DNA of 58,773 bases from Faecousia sp. (GTDB lineage: Bacteria; Bacillota; Clostridia; Oscillospirales; Oscillospiraceae): the NCBI GenBank assembly GCA_045590835.1, contig JAZNRW010000035.1, forward strand, positions 1 through 58,773, given 5' to 3'. The notes beneath the pieces were generated by a model that saw only the letters and a program-made list of their open reading frames with translations, was not told the DNA's origin and made no database searches. Below are positions 19,552 through 29,388 of the stretch, piece after piece; within the stretch, counting starts at the first letter, position 1, and every line of letters starts with the position of its first letter. A program made the translations under genes and the position numbers.

Positions 19552-19583
19552 CAAAGTGATATTTTATAGAGACGGAGTTAGTC

Positions 19584-21308
19584 ATGAAAAAATCAATTCG
19601 TATTCTGATTCCCTTGATCCTGGCTATTACAATTATTTTGTGTATGGCCTGGTATCTGCTTATATATGACCGGGAGTTTACCCGGGATATGTTTGTATTC
19701 TGCGCCCGTTTTTTTGAGCAGAACGGCAAACACGAAACATCGTCCTGGCTTTACGATTTGGCATACCGCCAAGCCGGTGATAACGACGCGATCGCCATAG
19801 AACTTGCTGAGCAGCATAAAAAAGGCGGCAACTTTACAAAAGCAGAATATACCCTCTCAAAAGCCATTGCTGACGGTGGCAGTGCGGACCTATATGTCGC
19901 CCTGTGTCAAACTTTTCTGGAGCAAGACAAGGTGCTGGACGCGGTGAATATGCTCAATAACATCTCTAACCCGGATATTAAAACACAGATTGATGCTATG
20001 CGCCCTGCAGCCCCCACCTGCTCACCGGAACCGGGTTTTTATAACCAATACATCAGCGTTACTGTGGAAGGGGATGCCCCCACCTTGTTCGTAAATATTG
20101 ATGGAGAATACCCTTCAACCCAAGAGGATCTGTATGAAATTCCTGTAAAATTGCAGGAGGGTGAAAATACCATCTATGCAGTGGCTGTGTCACCGGAGGG
20201 ACTTGTCAGTCCGGTATCTATTTTTGGGTTTACTGTGGGCGGTGTAATAGAAGAAGTTGTTTTTAATGACGATGCTTTGGAATCTGCGATCCGGCAGCAG
20301 CTTGCCGTCAGCGACGACAGCATTCTTTACAGCAACGACCTTTGGACCATCACGGAATTCACGATCCCCAGTGAGGCGAAAAATTACGAGGCGCTCCGTT
20401 ATATGGTTTTCCTGGAAAAGCTGACCATTGACAGCGGCATTAACGGACAGTTGTCTGTATTGTCACACCTATCAAACATAAACACGTTGCAAATCACCAA
20501 CACCAAGGTACAGGCTGATGAGTTGTCTGTAATCGGTACTTTGCCGAACCTGACAACACTTACTCTGAGCAACTGCGCCCTGTCCACCATTACCGGTTTG
20601 GAAAATGCGGATACTATTACCACCTTGGATCTTAGCAATAACACGATCCGCGATCTGGCTCCTCTTGCTGACATGACAGAGCTGACCAACCTGAATCTGC
20701 AACATAACGCGGTCAATAACATAGCTCCTCTGTCCGGACTTGCCAATATCAGCACGTTGGATCTGTCTTATAACACCCTGCGTACGCTTACCCCTATTTC
20801 CGGACATACAGCTTTGACGGTTCTGAATATTGAGAGCAATGACCTCACTTCCGTTGAGGAGATTGCTGACTGTACGGGATTGCAGCAGCTGAATTTGAAT
20901 TCCAACAGTATCAACGATGTTTCTGCACTTTCAGCCTGTACCACGCTGACACATTTGTCTGTAACAGATAACAAACTGACCCGGTTGGACGGCCTTGAGA
21001 ATTTGATCAATCTGACTAACCTGAATTTTTCCAACAATCAGGTAACGGACCTGCCTGCATTCGCCGAAGACAGCAATCTGGTGAATATCGATGGATCTTA
21101 CAATCTGCTGACCACCTTGGAACCCCTAAGGGATTTGAAAAATTTAAACAATGTTTATATGGACTACAATTCCGGCATTTCCTCTGTGGAGAGCCTGAAA
21201 GATTGTCCCAATCTGATTCAGGTCAATGTATACGGTACGAAGGTCAGAAAGGTTACCGCCTTGACCGAGCAGAGCATTATTGTAAATTACGACCCCACCG
21301 GTTATTAA
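19584..21308 (+). CDS. Membrane-anchored leucine-rich-repeat surface protein (TM, TPR-like helices, chitobiase/Fn3-associated domain, internalin-type LRRs)
   Basis: N-terminal TM; PTCSPEPGFY..IYAVAVSPEGLVS; cap VFNDDALESAIR; about 11 22-aa LxxLxLxxNxI/L repeats. Confidence 0.88.
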   Translation: MKKSIRILIPLILAITIILCMAWYLLIYDREFTRDMFVFCARFFEQNGKHETSSWLYDLAYRQAGDNDAIAIELAEQHKKGGNFTKAEYTLSKAIADGGSADLYVALCQTFLEQDKVLDAVNMLNNISNPDIKTQIDAMRPAAPTCSPEPGFYNQYISVTVEGDAPTLFVNIDGEYPSTQEDLYEIPVKLQEGENTIYAVAVSPEGLVSPVSIFGFTVGGVIEEVVFNDDALESAIRQQLAVSDDSILYSNDLWTITEFTIPSEAKNYEALRYMVFLEKLTIDSGINGQLSVLSHLSNINTLQITNTKVQADELSVIGTLPNLTTLTLSNCALSTITGLENADTITTLDLSNNTIRDLAPLADMTELTNLNLQHNAVNNIAPLSGLANISTLDLSYNTLRTLTPISGHTALTVLNIESNDLTSVEEIADCTGLQQLNLNSNSINDVSALSACTTLTHLSVTDNKLTRLDGLENLINLTNLNFSNNQVTDLPAFAEDSNLVNIDGSYNLLTTLEPLRDLKNLNNVYMDYNSGISSVESLKDCPNLIQVNVYGTKVRKVTALTEQSIIVNYDPTGY

Positions 21309-21320
21309 AGTATGTATGAT

Positions 21321-21354
21321 AAAAGCGGCATGGCCCATCGGTCACGCCGCTTTT
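21321..21354. terminator. Bidirectional terminator
   Basis: aaaagcggcatggcc-catc-ggtcacgccgctttt, imperfect stem. Confidence 0.7.
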
Positions 21355-21355
21355 A

Positions 21356-22111
21356 TTATTCGTTGATCGTTTCTCGGTCTTCTTCCTCTATTTCCCGCAG
21401 AAGCTTTTGATCCTGCTTGCTGCTTAAGTCCAGTTTCTCATACATATCCGGTCTGCGCTGGCGAGTTTTCCGCAGGGACTGCTTACGGCGCCATTGGTCC
21501 ACTTTTTGATGGTTGCCGGACAGCAAAATTTCCGGCACTTCCCTGCCGTGCCACACCGCAGGGCGGCTGTACTGGGGGTACTCCAGCAGTCCGCTATAAT
21601 GGCTCTCATCCTCAAAGCACTCCGGATCCGCCAGCACGCCCGGTACCATCCGGCAGATAGCATCGGTCATAGCCATGGCGGCGATTTCACCGCCCGTGAG
21701 CACAAAATCACCCAGTGACAGCTCCTCATCCACACATTCGTCGATAAATCGCTGGTCAATGCCTTCATAATGACCGCAGACAAACACGATGTTCTCCAAC
21801 TTGCTGAGTCGGATAGCATCCGCCTGACAGAAGGTCTTTCCGCAAGGAGACAAGTAGATGGTATGCACAGGCCCCCCCGCCTGATCGCAAGCTGCCTCCC
21901 AACAGCGGTACAGCGGGTCTGCCTGCATCACAGCGCCGCGTCCTCCCCCATAGGGGTAATCGTCCACCTGCATCTGCTTATTGGCTGTGTAATCGCGGAT
22001 CTGGTGGGTCTCAATGCGAATAAACCCACGTTCCTGGGCGCGACCCAGAATACTCTCAGACAACACATCTCCCAAAGATTCCGGAAACAGGGTCAGTATA
22101 TCAATTCTCAT
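21356..22111 (-). CDS. trmD: tRNA (guanine37-N1)-methyltransferase
   Basis: LTLFPE, VDDYPYGGG, CGHYEGIDQR, SLGDFVLTGGE, LEYPQYSRP. Confidence 0.97.
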   Translation of the reverse strand: MRIDILTLFPESLGDVLSESILGRAQERGFIRIETHQIRDYTANKQMQVDDYPYGGGRGAVMQADPLYRCWEAACDQAGGPVHTIYLSPCGKTFCQADAIRLSKLENIVFVCGHYEGIDQRFIDECVDEELSLGDFVLTGGEIAAMAMTDAICRMVPGVLADPECFEDESHYSGLLEYPQYSRPAVWHGREVPEILLSGNHQKVDQWRRKQSLRKTRQRRPDMYEKLDLSSKQDQKLLREIEEEDRETINE

Positions 22112-22601
22112 TGGTACGCATCCCTTCGATGAGTTTTACATACATTTGATTCTTTTGGAGATCCGTGGACAGGATGAATTCCTTTACCGCAGGAATCATG
22201 TACTCGTCCTGATTGGTATCTGTTCCCACAACATACACTGAGTTTCCGGGGTAAGCAAGCACATTGGTAATCGTGCCGATCCGCGCACCGTCACAGTATA
22301 CCTCTACGCCAAGAAGTTCCGCGGCGAAGATGATCTCATCATCAATGTCTTCCCGGTACAGCTGGACGGTCTTGCCCCGCATAGCCTGGGCATCTTCCAT
22401 AGTGTCGATTCCCTGCAGTTTCAAAAGATTGCAATTCTTCTGCACCCGGCAGGATTCAACTTTATATTCTTTTCCGTTAATACGGCAGCGTTCAAATTCA
22501 CAAAGCATCTGGGGATCGTCCAGCCAGGTCAGTACTTTCATCTCACCTCTGACACCGTGAGTGCTGACGATTTCGCCCCCGTCAATATAGTCCAATTTCA
22601 T
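22101..22601 (-). CDS. rimM: Ribosome maturation factor RimM
   Basis: THGVRGEMKV, YMIPAV; context rpsP-khpA-rimM-trmD; start ATG 22601 after ggagg. Confidence 0.92.
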   Translation of the reverse strand: MKLDYIDGGEIVSTHGVRGEMKVLTWLDDPQMLCEFERCRINGKEYKVESCRVQKNCNLLKLQGIDTMEDAQAMRGKTVQLYREDIDDEIIFAAELLGVEVYCDGARIGTITNVLAYPGNSVYVVGTDTNQDEYMIPAVKEFILSTDLQKNQMYVKLIEGMRTNEN

Positions 22602-22619
22602 ATTCTTCCTCCAAAGAAA

Positions 22620-22650
22620 CGGAAAATGCGTGGCGCCAAGCGTCACGCAT
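22620..22650 (-). terminator. Internal terminator after rpsP-khpA
   Basis: atgcgtgacgc-ttg-gcgccacgcat-tttcc on the minus strand. Confidence 0.55.
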
Positions 22651-22656
22651 AAGCCG

Positions 22657-22887
22657 TTAATCCACGATTTCCACCGTGACTTTTTCGCCGGTGCGCTGGG
22701 CAACGGTTTTCACAATGGTGCGAATTTCCTTCGCAATCCGACCCTGGCGGCCGATGACCTTACCCATGTCGCCGGGGGCAACATGAAGCTCCAGTACTTT
22801 GCCTTCCTCATCGGAAACCTCGGTGACTGTAACTGCCTCGGGCTCGTCCACCAGATTCTTTGCCATATACAGCAAAAGTTCTTTCAT
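22657..22887 (-). CDS. khpA: KH-domain RNA-binding protein KhpA/YlqC
   Basis: DMGKVIGRQGRIAKEIRT. Confidence 0.93.
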   Translation of the reverse strand: MKELLLYMAKNLVDEPEAVTVTEVSDEEGKVLELHVAPGDMGKVIGRQGRIAKEIRTIVKTVAQRTGEKVTVEIVD

Positions 22888-22909
22888 TGGGCTAACTCCT
22901 TAAGGGAAA

Positions 22910-23149
22910 TTACAGCACGCCGGCATTCTTCAGCAGGCCACGTACGGTATCGGTGGGCTGTGCACCGTTCTTGATCCAAGCCTGAACCTTCTCTGCATCA
23001 ACAGTGATGGTGGCGGGCTCGGTCAGAGGGTTGTAGGTACCGATCTCTTCGATGCAGCGGCCGTCACGGGGAGAACGAGCATCAGCAACAACGATACGAT
23101 AGAAGGGAGCCTTCTTTGCGCCCATTCTTCTGAGTCTGATTTTAACCAT
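22910..23149 (-). CDS. rpsP: 30S ribosomal protein S16
   Basis: [38 protein letters not shown]. Confidence 0.98.
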   Translation of the reverse strand: MVKIRLRRMGAKKAPFYRIVVADARSPRDGRCIEEIGTYNPLTEPATITVDAEKVQAWIKNGAQPTDTVRGLLKNAGVL

Positions 23150-23218
23150 GGGTTTCACCTCCAAAATATTTTGTAAATTAATCTATATCGCAAAGCAATT
23201 TGCTTTCAGCGAACATTT

Positions 23219-24568
23219 TTAGAAGCCGGGAAATCCGCCAAAACCGCCGAATCTGCCCATACGCTTCATCTTCTTACCGGCGCCTGGGCCGGAGAACTGC
23301 TTGATCATCGACTTCATCTGGTCAAAGGATTTCAGAAGACGGTTCACATCCTCTACCTTTACACCGGCGCCACCGGCAATTCTCTTTTTCCGGCTGGCCC
23401 CGATGATGTTGGGGTTCTCCCGCTCATTGGGTGTCATGGAAAGGATAATCGCCTCTGTGCGGCTCATGGCCTTTTCGTCCAGACGAATGTTTTTCATATT
23501 CATGCCGCCGGGCATCTGCGCAAGCAGTTCCTGCATAGAGCCCATGGATTTCAGTTGCACCAGCTGATCGTAGAAATCCTGCAGCGTAAATTTATTGCTT
23601 TTCAGCCGCTCCTCCATCTGAGCTGCCTTCTTGGCATCAAATGCTTTCTCCGCCTTTTCAATTAGGGAGAGCACATCGCCCATCCCCAAGATCCGGGAAG
23701 CCATACGATCCGGATGGAAAGGCTCGATATCCTCCAGCTTTTCGCCAATACCGGCAAACTTGATCGGCTTTCCGGTAATCGCCCGGACAGACAGCGCCGC
23801 ACCGCCTCTGGCATCGCCGTCCAGCTTGGAGAGCATAACGGAATCGATATCCAGCCATTCGTTGAAGCTCTGGGCGGCATTCACCGCGTCCTGCCCGGTC
23901 ATAGCATCTACAACCAGCATGATTTCATCGGGCTTTACGGTGGCTTTGATATTTTTCAGCTCTTCCATCAGGGTTTCATCCACATGGAGTCTGCCGGCGG
24001 TATCCAGGAACACCATATCATGCCCATGCTGACGGGCATAGCTGACCGCTTCCTTGGCGATCTGAACCGGATCGATCTGACCCTTTTCAAACACCGGGAT
24101 ACCCAGTTTCTCACCGCAGACCTTCAGCTGCTGAATCGCAGCGGGGCGGTAAATATCGCAGGCCACCAGCAAGGGATTCTTGCCCTGGCGCTTCATATGA
24201 CCTGCCAGTTTACTGCCGTTGGTGGTTTTACCGGCGCCCTGCAGGCCTACCAGCATCACAACGGTAGGACCGTTGGGGTTGATGGAAATATGTTTTGCTT
24301 CGCTGCCCATGAGCTTTGTCAGCTCTTCATCCACGATCTTAACGATCATCTGAGCAGGACTCAGTGCTTCCAGCACATCTGCGCCTACGCACCGCTCTGT
24401 AACGGACTTTACAAAGTCCTTTACAACCTTATAGCTTACATCCGCTTCCAGAAGCGCCATGCGGATCTCACGCATCGCTTCCTTTACATCGGACTCCTTC
24501 AGGCGACCTTTGCCTCTAAGCTTTTTGAAGGCAGCAGAAATTTTTTCGGTCAATCCTTCAAATGCCAT
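23219..24568 (-). CDS. ffh: Signal recognition particle protein
   Basis: ALLEADV, GLQGAGKTT, DTAGR, KLDGDARGGAALS, PDRMASRILGMGD. Confidence 0.98.
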   Translation of the reverse strand: MAFEGLTEKISAAFKKLRGKGRLKESDVKEAMREIRMALLEADVSYKVVKDFVKSVTERCVGADVLEALSPAQMIVKIVDEELTKLMGSEAKHISINPNGPTVVMLVGLQGAGKTTNGSKLAGHMKRQGKNPLLVACDIYRPAAIQQLKVCGEKLGIPVFEKGQIDPVQIAKEAVSYARQHGHDMVFLDTAGRLHVDETLMEELKNIKATVKPDEIMLVVDAMTGQDAVNAAQSFNEWLDIDSVMLSKLDGDARGGAALSVRAITGKPIKFAGIGEKLEDIEPFHPDRMASRILGMGDVLSLIEKAEKAFDAKKAAQMEERLKSNKFTLQDFYDQLVQLKSMGSMQELLAQMPGGMNMKNIRLDEKAMSRTEAIILSMTPNERENPNIIGASRKKRIAGGAGVKVEDVNRLLKSFDQMKSMIKQFSGPGAGKKMKRMGRFGGFGGFPGF

Positions 24569-24573
24569 GTATG

Positions 24574-24918
24574 TTACTCCTCAAGATATTTGGCTGCATC
24601 CAGAATTTTCTGGGCCAAATCGGATACTTGCTTATCATCGTGTTCTGCCAAAAGACCTGCTGCCTGCAGAATTTTCCCGGCGGCCTTCCGGCACTCCAGT
24701 GCCCGGCGGACACATCCGGTCTTCTCTTCCATATTGATCAGCAGCGCTTCGGCTCTGCTTAAGTTATCATGGACACCCTGTCGGCTGACCTGCAGCTCTT
24801 CTGCGATCTCGGCCAGAGACAGATCCTGATTGTGACGCAGATCGAAGCACATCCGCTGACGCTCCGTCAGCAGCTCGCCGTAGTAGTCAAACAGAAGTGT
24901 CATCTGCAGTGCGTCCAT
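24574..24918 (-). CDS. ylxM: YlxM family protein
   Basis: LFDYYGELLT, DLSLAEIAE, VSRQGVHD; upstream of ffh. Confidence 0.93.
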   Translation of the reverse strand: MDALQMTLLFDYYGELLTERQRMCFDLRHNQDLSLAEIAEELQVSRQGVHDNLSRAEALLINMEEKTGCVRRALECRKAAGKILQAAGLLAEHDDKQVSDLAQKILDAAKYLEE

Positions 24919-24961
24919 CTCAAGCCTCCTCTGTCAAGGCATTCTCCTTGACACCTGATAC

Positions 24962-24990
24962 ATAATACATCACAACCACTCGATTGTCAA
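24962..24990 (-). promoter_or_regulatory. SigA-type promoter of ylxM-ffh
   Basis: TTGACA-17bp-TATTAT. Confidence 0.7.
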
Positions 24991-24996
24991 GTACTT

Positions 24997-25647
24997 TTAC
25001 TTGACATCCTCAAAAATTTTATACCAGCGGGAAACCTCTGCAGTTTTCACAAAACCCAACCGCTCATACAGCCGTATGGCCCGGATGTTCTCCGCCGCCA
25101 CTTCCAGTTCTGCGTACTCACGCAACAGGCCATGGCACAGCGCGCACAGAACCTGTTCCCCTGCCCCGGGCACCACAGATGCAACAGCACGAATGGTTTC
25201 TTTCCCCACCATCCCGATTCCCAGCAGTTTCCCATCCTTATGGACAAAGTATCCGTCTCCTCGCTCCAGCATATCTTTAGCATCGGCCTTGGTCATAGTT
25301 GCCGCATTGGGAACCGAGACCATTTTTTCACGGTAAATGCTGCGCCATTTCTCCGCAGTTTCCTCCGTCACGGGAAACAGCGCCGCGTCGAACTCCGGAA
25401 GTGACTCCACCGCAACCCGCATTTTGAGAATTACGGAATACAGGGGGTATTCCTCCAAAACAGAATGTCCGGTTCCAAAGACCCGCTTTGCACCCACCGC
25501 CCTGCAGAAATCGAGACATTCCTCTACCAGTTCTCTGGGCTCAGAGGTATCCCGGATGGTGATATATGCGTCCCCATTGTAGGGAATCTCTTTCAGGGTA
25601 AGACTGGCCACCCCATGTGTGGTGGTAAATATCGGAAAATCTCGCAT
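24997..25647 (-). CDS. GNAT family N-acetyltransferase
   Basis: C-terminal LEVAAENIRAIRLYERLGF motif. Confidence 0.8.
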   Translation of the reverse strand: MRDFPIFTTTHGVASLTLKEIPYNGDAYITIRDTSEPRELVEECLDFCRAVGAKRVFGTGHSVLEEYPLYSVILKMRVAVESLPEFDAALFPVTEETAEKWRSIYREKMVSVPNAATMTKADAKDMLERGDGYFVHKDGKLLGIGMVGKETIRAVASVVPGAGEQVLCALCHGLLREYAELEVAAENIRAIRLYERLGFVKTAEVSRWYKIFEDVK

Positions 25648-25845
25648 TATGTTCACCTCTTGTTTATACTACCATAGTGGAAGGCCCGCGTAAAGTAAGG
25701 ATTATTTAGTATTATATGCCAATTTTCCCCCAAGATGGTATTATTTCTGTGTGTAAAGTTTCAATTATGACAAATTTAACTTGATTTCCAGGATTTTTCC
25801 GCTATAATGACGGAAGACTCTACATAGCAGAAAGGAGGCCATTTT

Positions 25846-26076
25846 ATGAAGAAGATCATCTGCAAAAAAGAGTACGACACAGAAACTGCCACTTTGGTAA
25901 AGAAATACACTTACGGTTTCTACGGAGATCCTGCCGGCTATGAGGAAACTCTGTACCAGACACCTGCCGGACTGTATTTCCTGTACGTATGCGGCGGCGA
26001 GCAGTCTCCTTATCCCCAGGAAGACATCCTGCGTCTGGCAAAGACCAAGGTTAACGACTGGGTGGAGACCCACTAA
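25846..26076 (+). CDS. Small conserved hypothetical protein (76 aa)
   Basis: RBS aaaggagg, promoter TTGATT-16-TATAAT at 25781-25808, own terminator. Confidence 0.85.
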   Translation: MKKIICKKEYDTETATLVKKYTYGFYGDPAGYEETLYQTPAGLYFLYVCGGEQSPYPQEDILRLAKTKVNDWVETH

Positions 26077-26097
26077 GTACTGCGCATAAAAGAACCT

Positions 26098-26128
26098 GGG
26101 AGACTGCTTTTGCAGTCTCCATTTTTCT
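26098..26128 (+). terminator. Terminator
   Basis: ggagactgc-tttt-gcagtctcc-attttt. Confidence 0.8.
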
Positions 26129-26183
26129 TGACAAATATGCTATGATATACAGTAGAAATCTACAGACAAAAGCTGGTTATTAT

Positions 26184-27062
26184 ATGAAACGATTGATTAT
26201 GCTTGTGGCGATCTGCCTGCTGCTTGGCAGCTTTAGCAGTTGCGCGCACCCAGCGCCTGCCACCATTGCCGCAACCACATTGCCGGTATACGAATTTACC
26301 TCACGGTTGTGCCAAGGAACAGATATCACTGTGACGCGACTGATCACAGAAAATGTTTCCTGCTTACATGATTACACCCTACAGGTTCATCAGATGCAAA
26401 CACTGGAATCTGCGCAAGCAGTGGTGATTTCCGGGGCGGGGTTGGAAGATTTCTTAAATGACGCGCTACGCAGTTCAAACAGCATAATCGATGCGTCTGC
26501 AAATGTGGAGTTACATTGCGGCAATCACAGCCACGATAACGGATCCGGTAACCACCATCACAATGATGAAGATCCACACATCTGGTTATCTCCGGAATCG
26601 GCTATGGAAATGTGTCATAACCTCTGCCGGGGTTTGATCCAGCTGTATCCTCAGCATAAAGAAGTCCTCACCAACAACCTTCAGACGCTTCTTTCAGATC
26701 TGCAGGCTCTGCAGGAATACGGGCAGAAGCAGCTGCAGGATCTTCCTTGCCGGCAGATCATCACCTTCCACGACGGATTTTCCTATTTTGCCGAAGCATT
26801 TGATCTGCACATTTTGAAGGCTGTGGAAGAAGAATCCGGCGGTGAGGCCTCTGCTAAAGAGTTAATTGAGTTGATTGACCTTGTACAGTCACACCGGCTC
26901 AGTGCAATCTTTACGGAAACCAACGGCAGTGACGCAGCTGCTCAAATCATTTCGTCGGAAACCGGCGCGGATATTTACGCATTGGATATGGCTATGTCCG
27001 GAAGAAGCTATTTTGAGGCAATGTATCATAATATTGACACCATTAAGGAGGCGCTGGGATGA
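26184..27062 (+). CDS. Zn/Mn ABC transporter substrate-binding lipoprotein (ZnuA/AdcA-like)
   Basis: Lipobox FSSC, CLHDY, His-rich loop, DPHIWLSP, ITFHDGFSYFA. Confidence 0.92.
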   Translation: MKRLIMLVAICLLLGSFSSCAHPAPATIAATTLPVYEFTSRLCQGTDITVTRLITENVSCLHDYTLQVHQMQTLESAQAVVISGAGLEDFLNDALRSSNSIIDASANVELHCGNHSHDNGSGNHHHNDEDPHIWLSPESAMEMCHNLCRGLIQLYPQHKEVLTNNLQTLLSDLQALQEYGQKQLQDLPCRQIITFHDGFSYFAEAFDLHILKAVEEESGGEASAKELIELIDLVQSHRLSAIFTETNGSDAAAQIISSETGADIYALDMAMSGRSYFEAMYHNIDTIKEALG

Positions 27063-27811
27063 AAATAACCACACACGGCGGAGCCTGCGGTCACTCCTGC
27101 TGTCTAAGGATTGAAAACATGTCCGTAAAAATCGGCAGCGACACCATTCTCAGCGATGTAAATCTGCACGTCCACTGCGGCCAGATGCTTGCCCTGATCG
27201 GTCCCAATGGCGCAGGAAAAAGCACCTTGATCAAAGCCATCTTAGGGCAGCAGGAATACGACGGTATCATATCTTTCTCTGTCCCCGGTCAGAGAAATCG
27301 AAAGCCTGTGATCGGCTATGTGCCGCAGAGTCCTGCCTTTGATCCCGGCGACCCTGTCACAGTTGCGGATCTATTTGCTTGTTGTATGAGCAAACGACCT
27401 GCATTTTTAGGTCTTTCCCGTAGTATGCGCAGCAAGGTGCTGGATTGTCTGGAGCGGGTACACGGGGAAAATCTGATCGATAAGCGGGTTGGTACGCTTT
27501 CCGGCGGTGAGTTGCAGCGGGTGCTGCTTGCCCTGGCGCTGGAGCCTGTCCCAAACATTCTGATTTTGGACGAACCCCTGTCCGGTGTGGATGTGGAGGG
27601 TATGGAGACTCTGATGGAAATGCTGGATGAACTGAGAAAAAGCTACGATCTGTCCATCCTGATGACCACGCACGATTTTCATATGCTGCCCCGCTACGCC
27701 GATACTGTAGCTCTGATCGACCATCAGGTAGTCTGTCAGGGTGACCCGGAAATGGTGCTGCATTCCGACGAATTTTGCCGGGTGTTTCACCGGAAAGGAG
27801 GCGCCCTATGA
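27059..27811 (+). CDS. Metal ABC transporter ATP-binding protein (ZnuC-like)
   Basis: GPNGAGKST, IGYVPQ, LSGGELQRV, LILDEP. Confidence 0.93.
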   Translation: MKITTHGGACGHSCCLRIENMSVKIGSDTILSDVNLHVHCGQMLALIGPNGAGKSTLIKAILGQQEYDGIISFSVPGQRNRKPVIGYVPQSPAFDPGDPVTVADLFACCMSKRPAFLGLSRSMRSKVLDCLERVHGENLIDKRVGTLSGGELQRVLLALALEPVPNILILDEPLSGVDVEGMETLMEMLDELRKSYDLSILMTTHDFHMLPRYADTVALIDHQVVCQGDPEMVLHSDEFCRVFHRKGGAL

Positions 27812-28650
27812 TAGATCTTTGGTATTCTCTCTGGGACGCGCTTCCCTTCCAAATGCTGCACTGGGATTTTATGTGCAACGCGTTGCTGGCAGTTTTACTG
27901 ATGGCGCCACTGTTCGGTCTCACATCCACAATGATTGTCACCGGCAAAATGAGCTTTTTCTCTGACGCGCTTGGTCATTCTGCTTTTACCGGCATCGCCA
28001 TCGGCTGCATTTTCGGCATTGTCGGGCCTACTTGGGTGGCAGTTATCTTCTCAATTCTCTTTGCGCTGCTGTTCTCCTTTGTGCGCAGTCGCAGCTCCCA
28101 CACTGCAGATACCCTAATCGGCGTGTTTTCCAGCACTGCAGTAGCTCTGGGCATCTTTATTGCAACTCTTGGCGGCGGTAGTTTCACAAAGTACAATCAG
28201 TATCTGATCGGCGATATTCTCTCTGTGACACCTGTGGAAATTGGGCTACTGGCGATGGTTCTTCTGGTTGTAGCGGTCTATTGGATTGTCTTTGGCAATA
28301 GTTTGACCCTATCTTCCGTTCACCCCCAGCTTGCCTCCTCCAGAGGGATCTCCCCCGCCCTTGTTCAAACACTGTTTACGGTAGCTATTGCCGTAATTGT
28401 AACCCTTGCAATCTCCTGGGTGGGTCTGCTGATCCTCAATTCTCTGTTGGTCCTGCCCGCAGCAGCTGCCCGCAATGTGGCAAAGAACTTGCGGCAATAT
28501 CACGGCTTGTCTATCTTATCTGCACTGTTGGCAGGCATCTGCGGATTGATTCTGTCCTATCATATGGGTGTTTCTGCAGGAGCTGCAATTTCACTTGTAC
28601 TGGCTATTCTCTTTGTAATTTCTTTCTGTTTCAGAAAGGCAAGGTGCTGA
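27808..28650 (+). CDS. Metal ABC transporter permease (ZnuB-like)
   Basis: SFFSDALGHSAFTG, YLIGDIL, LLVLPAAAA. Confidence 0.92.
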   Translation: MIDLWYSLWDALPFQMLHWDFMCNALLAVLLMAPLFGLTSTMIVTGKMSFFSDALGHSAFTGIAIGCIFGIVGPTWVAVIFSILFALLFSFVRSRSSHTADTLIGVFSSTAVALGIFIATLGGGSFTKYNQYLIGDILSVTPVEIGLLAMVLLVVAVYWIVFGNSLTLSSVHPQLASSRGISPALVQTLFTVAIAVIVTLAISWVGLLILNSLLVLPAAAARNVAKNLRQYHGLSILSALLAGICGLILSYHMGVSAGAAISLVLAILFVISFCFRKARC

Positions 28651-28651
28651 T

Positions 28652-29353
28652 ATGGACATCACTATGCGCCCCATCGCCCATATGAAGAGCGATTTTCCCA
28701 CAAAATTCGGTATCCCTCGGCAAAGCGGTCTGGCTTCCAGCCTTCGCTCCACCATTGTTTTTACACCGGAATATCGGAATCCCGACGCCCTGCGGGGATT
28801 GGATGAATTTTCCCATATATGGATCATCTGGCAATTTTCCGAGGCTGTACGGGATGATTGGGCGCCTACAGTACGCCCTCCCCGGCTGGGGGGCAACACC
28901 CGGATGGGTGTCTTTGCCACCCGCTCTCCCTTCCGGCCCAACGCCATTGGCCTTTCCTGCGTGGAGCTGGTTGGTATTGAGAACACTGCTGACAACGGTA
29001 CGGTTATCCATGTGGCTGGCGCTGATTTGATGGACGGTACGCCCATTCTGGACATCAAACCCTATATCCCCTACAGCGACTGTTTTCCGAACGCTTTGGG
29101 AGGCTTTACAAGCAATGCTGACGATTTTTTATTGGAGGTCGACTTCCCTGCGCAACTACTGTGTTTGCTGCCGGAAAACAAGCGTCAGGCCGCTATAGAG
29201 GTGCTGTCCCACGATCCCCGTCCCTCCTACCAGCGAACCCCCGACCGTGTCTATGGCCTTCGCTTTTCGGAATTTGATATCCGTTTTACAGTGGATGGAA
29301 ATCAATTAACTGTAAGAGAAGTTCTTAAATTTGACGATACCCTCTCAGTATGA
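28652..29353 (+). CDS. tsaA: tRNA t6A37 N6-methyltransferase TsaA/TrmO
   Basis: KFGIPRQSG, TVRPPRLGGN, GVFATRSPFRPN, DLMDGTPILDIKPY, DPRPSY. Confidence 0.95.
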   Translation: MDITMRPIAHMKSDFPTKFGIPRQSGLASSLRSTIVFTPEYRNPDALRGLDEFSHIWIIWQFSEAVRDDWAPTVRPPRLGGNTRMGVFATRSPFRPNAIGLSCVELVGIENTADNGTVIHVAGADLMDGTPILDIKPYIPYSDCFPNALGGFTSNADDFLLEVDFPAQLLCLLPENKRQAAIEVLSHDPRPSYQRTPDRVYGLRFSEFDIRFTVDGNQLTVREVLKFDDTLSV

Positions 29354-29388
29354 TCATCGTAAAACATCACAGATATAAGGAGCAAACA

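Noticed and set aside
20390-21270. 66-bp periodicity as a possible repeat array
   Set aside because: Explained by protein-level LRRs, degenerate at the DNA level, with no repeat-spacer structure
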